DNA of 60,241 nt, filler included, from Stramenopiles sp. TOSAG23-3 (GCA_900128585.1; 6 parts of 6 records of this genome joined end to end with filler, not necessarily neighbours in it), one strand, 5' to 3'; positions 12,501 to 23,463 are shown, numbered from the whole stretch's first letter. The notes: generated from the letters alone by a model not told the origin. Numbers and translations are program-made.

Positions 12501-15500
12501 ACAATGGAGTCATTCCAAACACTTGGAATCTAGTCAATATTCTGGGGGTTATGTGATTCCGACCGCCTCCAGGGGGGCCCATTGCTGATATAAACATTGT
12601 GTCTACGATGTTTCTGAAGGCGCTAGTCTTGCTGTCATACCATCCGCCATCGGTTATCGCTTGCCGAATGAGCTCAAGCGGGGGCTGGGCGCCATATGTT
12701 TCTACCATCGGCATGTTTAGATCGTCAATAAATATAATACATCTTTTATTAACTGGGGGACCATAAACATTTTTTCGTCGTTTATCAAGTTTGCTGTCAA
12801 TAATACTTTGCGTTGCTGCTGAGCTGGTCTGCGCCGAAAATCCGAGCGAGATGACTTTGAATTTTGATCTATCAAGATCCTTCATTATTTTAGCATTTAC
12901 GTAAATCGTTTTGCCGGTTCCAGTTGGACCAACGAATAACAAATGTTCCTGATGATCAATAGCACGGTTCAACAAGTAAGTGTAACGGACGGTATCAATT
13001 GTTGGAATTACAATTTCCGACACACGGGCAGTTTTCGGTATTTCAAATTTTTTGTCAATCAAATCTTGCCATTGTTGCCATTTCCCTTGGTCACTTTTAT
13101 CCCAAACACAGTCAAATACGCTCCCTTGACGGGGAAGCGGAGTGTGGATTTTTCTTTGCCGGGGATAACTCGCGTTTTCTCCCTTGATAAGAGAACGAAT
13201 AAAAGAATCAAACTTCTCTCTTCCAGCTGCATTGAGGATTCCACCAAAAGACCAGACAATAGAAAATATAACAATAGATTCGATCCAACTATTTACTTTT
13301 TTCTGATCCAACCTTTCTGTCACATTATCTTCTCTGGACGAGTCGAATTCGTCCATAAGATTCGCTGCCAACGACATTACAGTTTGGACAAGCATTGTGT
13401 GTTCCATTGGCACCATCAACTTGCCTTTCTGCACACGAAATATAAAATGTATACATGGAGGAATTAACCATGTAAACATTTGCTTCAGTACCTTCCGAAA
13501 GCCCTCATCTTTCGAAAGAAAGGCCGGCAGGGTATTCATCCATGAGACTAAGCGAGTTTCCATTCCAATATTTTCGGGCTCCAGATATACCATACCACAT
13601 CGACTCACAGTTGCCGGGCTAGCAGCGTCTAAGTCGAGAGTTTCAAAAATCATACTCATAGTCTCATTCATTTGAAGCATTTCTCCGGTCATCAAGCATA
13701 ACTTTTTATTATCGTCCAACACAGTGTTCATGTTTTCAATCCAGATGGCATCCACAGGACCATCAAAAAGAGTCCATTTTCTAGTTGCTTTTGTACTGGA
13801 GGCGAAAGCACGGTAGTAAATAGCTAAAACACCATCTGACCATTCATGAGTAATATCATCGAAGCAACCATACAGACGATCCATACTAATAGATTTTGGA
13901 TTTATCGTGGTTATCTCCGTTTCTAGCTCATGTTGGGGGTTAAGGGAGCAAGGCATTTTTCCTCGTTTGCACAAATCATTTAAACTTGAAGCGAGCACCT
14001 TCAGGCATGCTGTTTTCCCCCCTGATGCTTTCCCAACGATCATGAACCCATGGCGCACAACCATCATTTCATAAGTTTGAATAATTTTTTCAATAAATGC
14101 TTCGTCAGGCTGCAAATTTCTTGCCGCAATATTTTCATTTATGGATTCCATTAAGTCTGTATAATCAGGCGTAGGGAGCTGCACTCCAGGAAAAAGATCG
14201 GAAGTAATACCTGCAAACAGATCCAAATCTTGACTTAAGAATTTAGCTTTGTTCACATCGTTAATTGCTCGAAGAGCCACTACGTCTTCGCTTTCATCTG
14301 GAAATGGCCCGCAGCACAGACATGACCGCCCTCATACCATAATCGTAGTGGCTTTGTGAACTTAGCTGTTCAGAGCACAAAGTAAAAGTGGTAACAATTT
14401 TTGTGGCAAGGTCTCTCGAATTTCTAAATCCAAACGAGTAGAGGATAATTTCTGCAATCATAGCATAATCTGGAACCATCATTGCGACGGTTCGGAACAA
14501 TGATTTTAAGTTATCTGGTAATTCAGCACGCCCTGCGTACCCTGGGTTCATTGTGATAAAAACGTTGCAGGTCCACTTTAAAGTCAGTTCTGTTCCATAA
14601 AAGACAAACGAATTTTTTTTTGCGGCGACAGCCTGTTGAATTGTAGTAATTTGCTGAGCAACAACAGACAATACCTCTAGTACGATTCGGTTAAACTCGT
14701 CAAAACAAGCCCAGGCACCTGCTGATGCAAGCCCCTTAAAAAATTTAGCCATCGCAAGGTAATCCAAACCATCGGAACAATTGTAAACCACACACTGTCT
14801 AGCTAAAGCTTTTGACAAATCTTTTGTGGTTTCGGTTTTTCCAGTACCCGCCGGCCCTTCAGGAGCACCTCCATATTGCAAGTGTATTGCTCCCATCAGT
14901 GTCCGATAACAGCGGTCGGTCAGTGGGGTAATCACGAGTCTCCCAGAATTTCCTAAATATTCATAGCCGTATTCTAAATCGGAGACGATCATCCTGACAT
15001 GCAAGGTTCCCTCTTCCCAATAGTAACGTAGTTGACTTTGCCACCCAAAATCACTCGTTTTACCGACCTTTTGATCCCTAAGTATTGCTACAGTATCACG
15101 AGCATGCACATCCATAATGATCAAAGCAGACAGAGTTTTTCTGAGCATTTTTGTTAGTTTTCCCCGCACTAGATCTACAATATCATCAATATACCCAGTA
15201 AGTGTCTCTGTGTAATCAGATAGACTTTTGGCTCCATTCTCTTTGACTCCCTCTTCAAAGTACCTTGTCCAATAAAGTTGGCTGACGCATAGAACGACCT
15301 GACCAGGCCAATTTTGCACCCACTCAATACGTTCCTTCTGAGGGTAGTCTTCGATCCCCTTTTCGACGACATGTCGTACTGTTAACCGCATTACATCTTC
15401 GAGTTGCAAAAGCCATTTTTCAACAGCACCCTGTGCTTCAGCAGGGCTGACAGACTGTATCAGAGCAACCTCTTCTTTCTCTGCGGAGCCCATAGCTATA

Positions 15501-18088
15501 ACGTTGCCGTCCTCATTAAATTTAATGCTGTTCAAACCATCAAAACACTTTTTCAAGAACGGTTGAACCTTCGTCGGGTCTTTCGTTTCTGCAAGAATTT
15601 CTAAAAGCTCATCGTCACTAAGGAAGAAGAATCGTGGAAAGTGAATTCGTTTCACCATCAAATAATCACTCAGTCCTTTTTGTATAGTTTCTAAGAGTGA
15701 ATTGGCCTCTTCTAAGCGTTGAAGCAAACCATCGATTTTGTATACCTTTCGGCATCCAGGAGATTCATTGATTTGGTTCATCGTCAGTCTCCAACCACCA
15801 TCAACAGTGGAAAACTGTTCAGCTTCTTCCGGCATTTGGCGCACAATGTCTTCGGAGGTAAATATAGGCTCAAGGTATAACCAAGTTCCTTGAACCTGGA
15901 GCCACGCCTCCAGCAAACTGTCCATATACATTAAGTATTTTTCCCACTCCTTCATATCTTTTGCAAAAGGTTTGGCAAACTGAGAGCTTGACATTGTCTG
16001 CGTTTTCATTATTTGATCGTCAAGTATCATTTGAACTTCATCTATGGACGATCCTGTGACAATGTATGCCCCCGTATCTTTGTATGCTTTCGAACCGAAC
16101 TCGACACCCTCCCATTCTTCTTTCATTTTTTTCATGTTCTTTTCAATGGAAGATTCTTTTGTTGCAGATTCAGCACAGACCATAAGTTGCTTGACGTGTT
16201 TGTCAATGCCTTGGCCGAGTAGCTTTGAGAATGACGTGTGATCGTCGGGGGTTAAGGTAAAACCAATGACCGCACTCATCGCAGACCAATGCCTTGTCCT
16301 CAAGCCGGTATTGCATATTGCCGAAAGCAAATCGTAGTACTCTTTGAATGAAGAAACTCTTTCAAAAATTTCAGAGGCCAGTTTGGCGCACTTTTCCGAA
16401 TCTTCACTGAGGCTCTTAGATAGTTTTCTTACAGTTCGCCAAATGTCGTCCGCATCCTTTACAGTCTCTTCGTAGCTGAGATGATATATGGGTCCTTTCA
16501 TCCACTTTGCATAACTTCGTTGAAAACGACTCGCTGTTGACCATAGCAATAAATATGGCTCCAAAATCAACGACGCCTCTTCTAAAGTCGGGAACGAACT
16601 TGCCGAGAAGCCCAAACGCTCCTCCTCTTCGTTGATAGCAACCGCCTTTGCTTCGTAAGTGGCCACACGCGTCTTGAATTCTTCAACCTTTGCGTGCATT
16701 TCCCCAGCAGCTTTTATTGCTCCCGTGCGTGTGTCAACAAATCCACCCTGCTTATATAGCTCACTAACCTCATCGTGCAATTCTTGTACCTGATCTACGA
16801 ACGTGTTTCGCTCATCATTGAATTTCTCCTCCAATTTTTTCCTATCGTCTGCAATATCTACACGGGCCAGTTTAATGTGTTTACGAATATCTCTTCCCCA
16901 TGCAAATATGGCCCCAGCAGGAAACAGTACTGCTTCATCTACATCGTATTTATATTCGTACATGAAATCAACTTTGTCTTTTACAGCTCTGATTGCTTTC
17001 TTCTTTTGTGGCAAAGTTTCTTTGCTTAACTTTTTCATGTATGCCTCCGCATCTACAAGTTGATCCGACTTTCCCGACCTTTTATTTATAATTTCAACAA
17101 TTTCTTTGAACTCGTCCTTAATTCTAATGGAATCTTTTACGGTTTCGTGAGCTAGATGTTTCAACACTCGCTGGGCAAGGGTTTCGGATGTGCGATAGAG
17201 ATATGCATTTAGCACTGTGCAGTCAAGGCGCACCATGCGGGTGCAAGTAATGCCTTTCAACTTTTCATTCAGGGATTGCCCCATCTGTCTGTACTTTGCA
17301 ATTTCCACTCCGTACTCCTCTATTGTATGTTTTGCTTCAAAATATTTTTTCAGCTTTGGCCTATCGTTGATCAAAAAGTTGAACTCGTCGTAACATGAAA
17401 GAAAAGATTCTAGCGGTTCCATCGAGGTCGTTAGAACTTCGTTCAATCGGTGCCGCATGGCTCCGACGTCATGATCGTCCAGGTTAACGGTCATTAAGTC
17501 CATATTGGACTCAAAATTTAAAGACCCGATTCTGTGCTCTACCCTAGTTAGGCTATTTAAGCTTCGTGCCATGGTATCAAAAATGTCCAAGAGTTTCGTA
17601 TGGATTTCATCCCGCGATGTTTTAAATCGGAGGAAGGAATCTCTTGCGGGGGGTCTCTCAATGGCTTCAAAATACTCACTCTCTTCCTCACTTTCGTATT
17701 CACCATCAGGGTGTTCGACTATTACTTCTAGAAGCAGCGCACATCGCTGTTCAGCAGTTTCATCTGTTGAATATACAAACTCTTGCTCGCTGCTCGCTTG
17801 CTGCAAATCCACGGCAAATCGTTCAAAAAAGCTGACAAACAACTGAAGAGATTCTACAACTAATTCTCGCGCTTTTGTGGACATCAGAGTTGCAACCGAG
17901 TTAAAAAAACGCTTCAAGGTAATTTCAGGAACATTCACAAACATTCCATTCTTGTCTGCTTCTTGGAAAATTTCAATTACTTGCGGCATCCACTCGTCCA
18001 TAATTGTAGTCTTTACCAAGTTAATCCTTTGGAACTGAATGGTTGAAAATTCTTCTATCGTCATGGGCCGCCATTCCTGACTCTGGGC
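6508..18088 (-). CDS. Axonemal inner-arm dynein heavy chain (DNAH3/7/12-like), 5'-truncated by the contig edge, frameshifted at ~14305
   Basis: P-loops GPAGTGKT (AAA1), GKASGGKT, GPTGTGKT and GVGGSGRQS. Also CFDEFNR, WIENMNTVLDDNKKLCL, stalk/MTBD and C-terminal [23 protein letters not shown]. ORFs 14294-18064 and 6508-14280 are consecutive parts of one protein. Confidence 0.95.
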
Positions 18089-18188
18089 NNNNNNNNNNNN
18101 NNNNNNNNNNNNNNNNNNNNNNNNNNNNNNNNTTAATTAATTAANNNNNNNNNNNNNNNNNNNNNNNNNNNNNNNNNNNNNNNNNNNN
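18089..18188. other. Artificial contig linker (N-TTAATTAATTAA-N)
   Basis: Identical 100-nt spacer with stops in all six frames, present five times in the window. Confidence 0.98.
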
Positions 18189-18267
18189 AATGGTAACAAT
18201 ATTAGAACCCTTATTCAAATTTGACACCACAAAAACTTTCGTCAAACCAGGAAAAACTACCTCTTTA
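18189..18267 (+). repeat. Left terminal inverted repeat (inner 79 bp; rest missing at the contig edge)
   Basis: Exact reverse complement of 23714-23792. Confidence 0.92.
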
Positions 18268-18271
18268 CAAA

Positions 18272-19783
18272 ATGACTAGTCTAACTACCCCATCAAAAAA
18301 CAACATGGACGAAACTAACTATCAGACTCCAACACAACCTACAAACCCTGTAAAACAAGGTGATAGTGGTCGTCTACTTAAAATAGAGTTTAAACAAAGA
18401 AAAGTCTTAGCACAAAGAGATTTTATTAATTTTGTGGCAAATGAAAAACGAGTTCCAAAACACGTTTTAAACAAACGACCAAAAACAGTCGATATGTATG
18501 ATTGTTCTTCTATTGAACTAGAAGACGAATATGACGAAGAATACCTGAAAAGGTTGGCAGTAAAATGCAACTTACCACGAAAACCTGCGTTTTATGAATG
18601 GCGAGAAAGTATTTCCAACAGATATCTATGGCGCTTATTTTCAGAAAAAAGAAACGACGAAATATTCAGTCTTTTCCGAACGTGTAATGAAATACGTAAT
18701 CCACCTTCTAACGTCCCAGCAAAAAAGTGGTTTGAAAAAATTAAAACAATCAAATTAATTAAAATGAACGACAACTCCTTTAAGTTGGAAGGGTGCGAAG
18801 AAACAAAGAAAATGATACGTGGTTTTACACATCCACAGTCTTTGTTGCTTCTTCTAAAATCTTGTTTTGATACCCACGTTAACAATTGGAACGAATTTGT
18901 TGATAATTGCTTTAAACTTGAAACGTTTGATTTTAACGATTATAATTGGTTTGACTTTACATCACACGAAGAAAGAATAAAAACATTTCTTGATTGGTAT
19001 AAAACACACCAAAGAAAACCCAAAGCAAAACCTTATTGTAAAACCGAAGAAGACGATGTGGAGCATCGTTTTTATTATTGGTTACAATATAACAAAGACA
19101 AACAAGAAGAATCATTCAAGACAGCGTTTGATGAAAACTTTGGTAAAGGAGAATACGACAAAGCAAATAAAAAGCATAAGTTTTTTGTATTTAATCGAGA
19201 ATCTGACTTGTCAAAGTATTTTGATTGGTATAAAACACACCAAAGAAAACCCAAACGAAAACTAAATCGTAAAACCAAAGAAGAAGTATTTGAAAATGGT
19301 TTTTATGAGTGGTTGAATAGTCACAAACACAAAGAAGAACAATTCAAGACAGCGTTTGATGAATACTTTGGTGAAGGAGAGTACGACAAAGCAAATGAAA
19401 AACATAAGTTTTTTGTGTTTCGCCGATCAAATAACTTCTCAAAGTATTTTGATTGGTATGAAACACACCAAAGAAAACCCAAACGAAAAAAAAATCATAA
19501 AACCGAAGAAGAAGAAGTGGAAAATAGTTTTAAGATCTGGTTGCAAAATAACAGAAACAAAGAAGAACAATTCAAGACAGCGTTTGATGAATACTTTGGT
19601 GAAGGAGAGTACGACAAAGCAAATGAAAAGCATAAGTTTTTTGTTTTTAGAAAAAGAACAAAGAAACCTATCGAAGGTGCTATTGAGGAAAAAGTAGGAG
19701 AATGCAGTTGCTGTTTTTCCAATTCTTCACTTGTAAGGTTTGAATTTAACAATTGTTTTAAGTGCTTTTCTTGTTGCTTTTGA
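18272..19783 (+). CDS. Element-encoded protein with three ~76-77-aa tandem repeats (helicase-associated/HA-domain-like)
   Basis: Repeats FDWYKTHQRKPKRK...E..FY.WLQ.NK.KEEQFKTAFDEYFGEGEYDKANEKHKFFVF start at 18991, 19222 and 19450. ATG at 18272 lies just inside the TIR. The last ~35-45 aa look like antisense read-through. Confidence 0.7.
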   Translation: MTSLTTPSKNNMDETNYQTPTQPTNPVKQGDSGRLLKIEFKQRKVLAQRDFINFVANEKRVPKHVLNKRPKTVDMYDCSSIELEDEYDEEYLKRLAVKCNLPRKPAFYEWRESISNRYLWRLFSEKRNDEIFSLFRTCNEIRNPPSNVPAKKWFEKIKTIKLIKMNDNSFKLEGCEETKKMIRGFTHPQSLLLLLKSCFDTHVNNWNEFVDNCFKLETFDFNDYNWFDFTSHEERIKTFLDWYKTHQRKPKAKPYCKTEEDDVEHRFYYWLQYNKDKQEESFKTAFDENFGKGEYDKANKKHKFFVFNRESDLSKYFDWYKTHQRKPKRKLNRKTKEEVFENGFYEWLNSHKHKEEQFKTAFDEYFGEGEYDKANEKHKFFVFRRSNNFSKYFDWYETHQRKPKRKKNHKTEEEEVENSFKIWLQNNRNKEEQFKTAFDEYFGEGEYDKANEKHKFFVFRKRTKKPIEGAIEEKVGECSCCFSNSSLVRFEFNNCFKCFSCCF

Positions 19784-19983
19784 GCGTCTACCTGTTTCTT
19801 AAGTAAACTCTTAACATCTTTACGAAGTTCTTTGTCTGGTGTTGATTCGCTCTTGGCTTGTTTCCCAGCGGTCGTGAGCCTTCCTTCCAGCCACGATGCA
19901 TCGTTTTTATACTTATTAGGTGCGTTGTTGCCGAACACCACTTTGTAGGTATCTTGTAAAGTTTTTAATCGTTTCGTTGCCAT
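19495..19983 (-). CDS. Element-encoded coiled-coil protein, probably 3'-truncated
   Basis: ATG start and K/Q/E-rich helical N-terminal ~100 aa. The rest is antisense of the repeat gene. Confidence 0.5.
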   Translation of the reverse strand: MATKRLKTLQDTYKVVFGNNAPNKYKNDASWLEGRLTTAGKQAKSESTPDKELRKDVKSLLKKQVDAQKQQEKHLKQLLNSNLTSEELEKQQLHSPTFSSIAPSIGFFVLFLKTKNLCFSFALSYSPSPKYSSNAVLNCSSLFLLFCNQILKLFSTSSSSVL

Positions 19984-20739
19984 GTTGATAAGATGTTGAA
20001 ATTGTTTTGAGTTTTGTTTGTTTCCACTCTTCCTTTTCGTTTTCTTTCCTTCTTTTCCCTTTTCTCTTTTTACTAACTTTTTACAAAGAAATCCATTTAA
20101 CCTTTGGCATTTTTACTTTTCTAAAATAAATTGGGGAGAGAAAAGTTAATGCTATTTCACCCTATTCGATGTAAAACCAAAATAAATAATCTTCTTCTTA
20201 ATAACCCTACGACTCAGCTTCCTTGCTATTCCATGTTAACATAATTTTCTAACACTAACAGAAACGAGTATCCAAAGGTAAGAAGATAGTTTAACATAGC
20301 AATAGCACTACAGATTAATAGAATTAAACGAGTGGTGATTGATTAGATGCCCCCCTCTATTTTACTAGAAGACTCCTACCTCTACTACAGGATTTTCTTA
20401 ATACAATCGAGCGTTTCAGGACTTACTACAGGATTTCTTTAGTAAGATTCACCTCCTCCATTTTTACTAAAAAATTATTTTAGTAAGATTTGCTATGGTG
20501 TGTGTATGGACGAATTATTTAGTGTACGATACCATGTAAGAAATAGCACCAGTATACGATTGAATAAAATCCAATTTTCTTAATAAATCATTTGGTTTAG
20601 TAAGAAATCGATACAAAATCTTGCTAACCCCCATGATGCTTACCTGTTATTTTGGGTAGTAGGTTAATAGTATAGAATCATTAAATAAGAGGAAGATACA
20701 ATAGTTTTCTATGGTGCTATTATATATATAAAAAGAAAA

Positions 20740-22098
20740 ATGGAAAAAAGTAAAATTGACAAAGTGTTAACCGAAATTTATTACAATCCGTTGGAGGGTT
20801 TAGTCGGAGTAACCAATCTGTATAGAAAAGCAAAAAAGAAATTAAAGTCTATCACGATGAAACAGGTAAAGGAGTGGTACAAGCGACAATCAACAACCCA
20901 AATCCATTATCGAACCAAGAAGAAAATAAGTTATTTGCCTATCTTCTCTTACAAGTCAGGTGCATTTCAGATGGATCTGACGGAGATGAAACGGCTGAGT
21001 TCGAAGAACAAGGGGTTTAAATATATCCTCACCGCAATAAATGTAAATACCAGAAAATTGTACGCTTATAAATCCAAAACAAAAAATGCTTCTGCTATAA
21101 AACAATTGTTAAAACAGTTTAAAGACGATGTTATAAGTCATAATGAAACTTTCAAAACTAAGAACAGAGTAGATGTACCGTTAACCAGCGTGACGACGGA
21201 CGCTGGATCAGAATTTCTAGGAAACAAAAAGTGGTTTGAGGACAACGAGGTTCAGTTGATTATTGTCAACCCATCGAACAAAAAGTATACCACATCAAAA
21301 ATAGAACGAGTCCATCGCACTTTAAAGGAACTATTTAACAAATACTTTACTGCTTTTCAAACGGCAACATGGTATGATATTCTGGACGACTTTGTTTCCA
21401 ACTACAACAACCGCTACCATGCAACAATTAAACAAGAACCGAACCAGGTGGGTAAAAAGGAAGAGAAGGAAATAATAAAAACAGACTTTGCCCGTATGGT
21501 AAAGCATTTGAATAGAAGGATGTTTCAGGTTGGAGATAAAGTTCGAATACGAAATGTTAAAAAGATGTTTGAGAAAGGGGAGATTCTATACTCGACAGAG
21601 GTGTATACCGTAGCCGAAACCAACCCTCTTTTTACCTTTCGAGTAAGGGATGACGACGGAGATTTGCTTAAGAAGACCTTTAAAGATTATGAGTTGTTGT
21701 ATGTTGGGGAAGATGTTGAAAATGTTAAAAGCCGAACTGTGGTGGAAGAAGCAGATCGTGAAGCATCTAGCAGGAATCGTTTTGCCAGAACAGGTTTAGA
21801 TAGAAGCACTATTCGAAGCGACCAGATGAGAGCCAGTAGAAGGATAGGGGACGTGATGCGACCTAAGACAAAAAAGAAAGTGAAGCGGATAAAATGGAAG
21901 TTTAGAAGGGGTGATAGAGTTAAAGCCAAAGCCTCCTTTTTTAAAGACACGGAATTGTCTGAAATAAGACGAACTGGAAAGGTAAGCCAAACCATCAATT
22001 ACAAAGGAACGCCAGCGTATAATATAAAATGGTCTCGAGAACCCAAAGGATTATACTACGACCAAGAATCGGTAGAAAATGAACTAGAAAAAATATAA
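20740..22098 (+). CDS. Retroviral-like (rve, DDE) integrase of Polinton/Maverick/PLV type
   Basis: N-terminal IYYNP..G..G..NLY...VKEW..RQ. Catalytic triad FQMDL / TTDAGSEF / IERVHRTLK. Also YNNRYHATIK..P, FQVGDKVRI...FEKG...YSTEVYTV and an extra C-terminal SH3/chromo-like beta domain. No stops or frameshifts. Confidence 0.93.
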   Translation: MEKSKIDKVLTEIYYNPLEGLVGVTNLYRKAKKKLKSITMKQVKEWYKRQSTTQIHYRTKKKISYLPIFSYKSGAFQMDLTEMKRLSSKNKGFKYILTAINVNTRKLYAYKSKTKNASAIKQLLKQFKDDVISHNETFKTKNRVDVPLTSVTTDAGSEFLGNKKWFEDNEVQLIIVNPSNKKYTTSKIERVHRTLKELFNKYFTAFQTATWYDILDDFVSNYNNRYHATIKQEPNQVGKKEEKEIIKTDFARMVKHLNRRMFQVGDKVRIRNVKKMFEKGEILYSTEVYTVAETNPLFTFRVRDDDGDLLKKTFKDYELLYVGEDVENVKSRTVVEEADREASSRNRFARTGLDRSTIRSDQMRASRRIGDVMRPKTKKKVKRIKWKFRRGDRVKAKASFFKDTELSEIRRTGKVSQTINYKGTPAYNIKWSREPKGLYYDQESVENELEKI

Positions 22099-22117
22099 AT
22101 ATCATCGGTTATATATA

Positions 22118-22468
22118 ATGCCATTAATTAAACTCGATTCTTCAGCAACGAATGGAAAGCCAGAAAATTTTACCACAACCTTTAGCAATTTTGTTTTGGA
22201 AGACAATACTGAATACGAAGTAGCGATGGTTGCTTTAAGTATGAATTACAGTTACCCAAATGTTAGTGTTAAAAATGCAAACAACACCGTAGAATATTCG
22301 CCAAACAACGGTACAAATTTTTACACCCGTAAAGGAACGAAGCAAAAGGGCGGAGCAATATTTGGATTGGCGGCTTCAGTTTTAACGCCGATGGCTGTAG
22401 AAGTTATTGGGACTTCCATAGCCAAAAAGAAACCTGTCACTTCAGTAATGCGTGATTTTTTTAAATGA
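22118..22468 (+). CDS. Chimeric ORF: N-terminus of a PLV/Polinton minor capsid (penton) protein fused to a QKGG-hydrophobic core-protein-like tail
   Basis: aa 1-70 NFTTTF...L....EYEVAMVALSMNYSYPNV...NNTVEYS match the penton N-terminal pattern. Abrupt switch at ~22327 to RKGTKQKGGAIFGLAASVLTPMAVEVIG. Confidence 0.6.
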   Translation: MPLIKLDSSATNGKPENFTTTFSNFVLEDNTEYEVAMVALSMNYSYPNVSVKNANNTVEYSPNNGTNFYTRKGTKQKGGAIFGLAASVLTPMAVEVIGTSIAKKKPVTSVMRDFFK

Positions 22469-22503
22469 TTAACTTTTAAATATAAAATTTAATTATTATA
22501 TAC

Positions 22504-22632
22504 ATGTTTAAAAAGCATTTTGAAGATGCTATGAATCGGTTCGATAAGTTAAAAGCCTTGTTGCTACAATTGATTTCTATGCTTCAGAAAACTATTGCAT
22601 TTCTACAGCAAGTCGTTCGTGAAATTGAATAA
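22504..22632 (+). CDS. Small 42-aa amphipathic-helix ORF of the element (not in the ORF track)
   Basis: MFKKHFEDAMNRFDKLKALLLQLISMLQKTIAFLQQVVREIE*, preceded by TTATATAC-ATG like the two upstream genes. Confidence 0.45.
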   Translation: MFKKHFEDAMNRFDKLKALLLQLISMLQKTIAFLQQVVREIE

Positions 22633-23463
22633 TAATTTTGTCAATAAAGCGTTTAATGTTTTTAATTTTTTCTTCGCCATGACGATTCCTTTCTGACTGT
22701 AATCGTTATCGAACAGATTTTCTCCTTTTAAACTATCTGCCAAAGATTTTTTAAAAATTCTTATATTTCCATTTTCATATTTTATATCTTCCTTTATAGA
22801 TTGTATTAGTTTTTCGCCCTGAAGTTCTTCTTTGTCTAACAGTACAAGGCAATAAATACATTTGTTTGAACTATGGTTTGTTTTCACTCGCCATCCACAA
22901 CTGATACATCTATTGTTCTTTTCAAGAAACTCCCACCCTTCCTTTTCTTTTTTTTGTATCAACATGGATGTAATTTTTTGTGGGTTTACAAAATCCTGAA
23001 ATATCTGTTTTTCATAGTCGTAGTCCTGAATAAAATTTGTTGGTTCTTCTAGATCGAAAAATTTGTCTAACATTCTATCATTCCAGACAAGACAATATAT
23101 ACATTTGTTTGAAATATGCTTTGTTTTCACTAGCCTTCCACAACTGATACATCTATTGTTTTTTTTAAGAAACTCCCACCTTTTCTTTTCTGTTTTTTGT
23201 ATCGGCATGCATGTAATTTTTTGTGGCTTTATAAAATCCTGATATATATGTTTTTCATAGTCGTCTTTTAAAAAATTTGTTGGTTCTTGTTCTGTTTCTT
23301 CGTCTGTCTCTTCGTCTATTTCTATGTCGCTTTCATCAGAGTCTGTTTCATAATACAAAATAGGTTTCGTTTCTCTTTTCATTCTTTTCCTACACACATA
23401 ATATTTTTCCTCTTCATGTGCATGTATAGAAAAACATTTTCTGTAGATTCTACTCTTCTTCAT
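22603..23463 (-). CDS. Element-encoded protein with two 80-aa repeats, each ending in a CxxC-x12-CxxC zinc finger
   Basis: EPTNF...YEK.I.QDF..PQKIT.M.IQK.EK..WEFL.KNNRCISCG..VKT.H.SNKCIYCLV occurs twice with a DNA period of 240 nt. Acidic tract near the N-terminus. Confidence 0.7.
   Translation of the reverse strand: MKKSRIYRKCFSIHAHEEEKYYVCRKRMKRETKPILYYETDSDESDIEIDEETDEETEQEPTNFLKDDYEKHIYQDFIKPQKITCMPIQKTEKKRWEFLKKNNRCISCGRLVKTKHISNKCIYCLVWNDRMLDKFFDLEEPTNFIQDYDYEKQIFQDFVNPQKITSMLIQKKEKEGWEFLEKNNRCISCGWRVKTNHSSNKCIYCLVLLDKEELQGEKLIQSIKEDIKYENGNIRIFKKSLADSLKGENLFDNDYSQKGIVMAKKKLKTLNALLTKLLFNFTNDLL

Noticed and set aside
14294-14310. Two separate dynein genes, an intron or a programmed frameshift
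   Set aside because: Conserved residues are missing, there is no room for an intron and no slippery site is evident. A small deletion explains it best.
18089-18188. Repeated TTAATTAATTAA flanked by Ns (five times) as a biological repeat or target site
   Set aside because: Identical 100-nt six-frame-stop linkers used to concatenate contigs. Dynein-element and tgt-ubiquitin adjacencies are therefore artificial.
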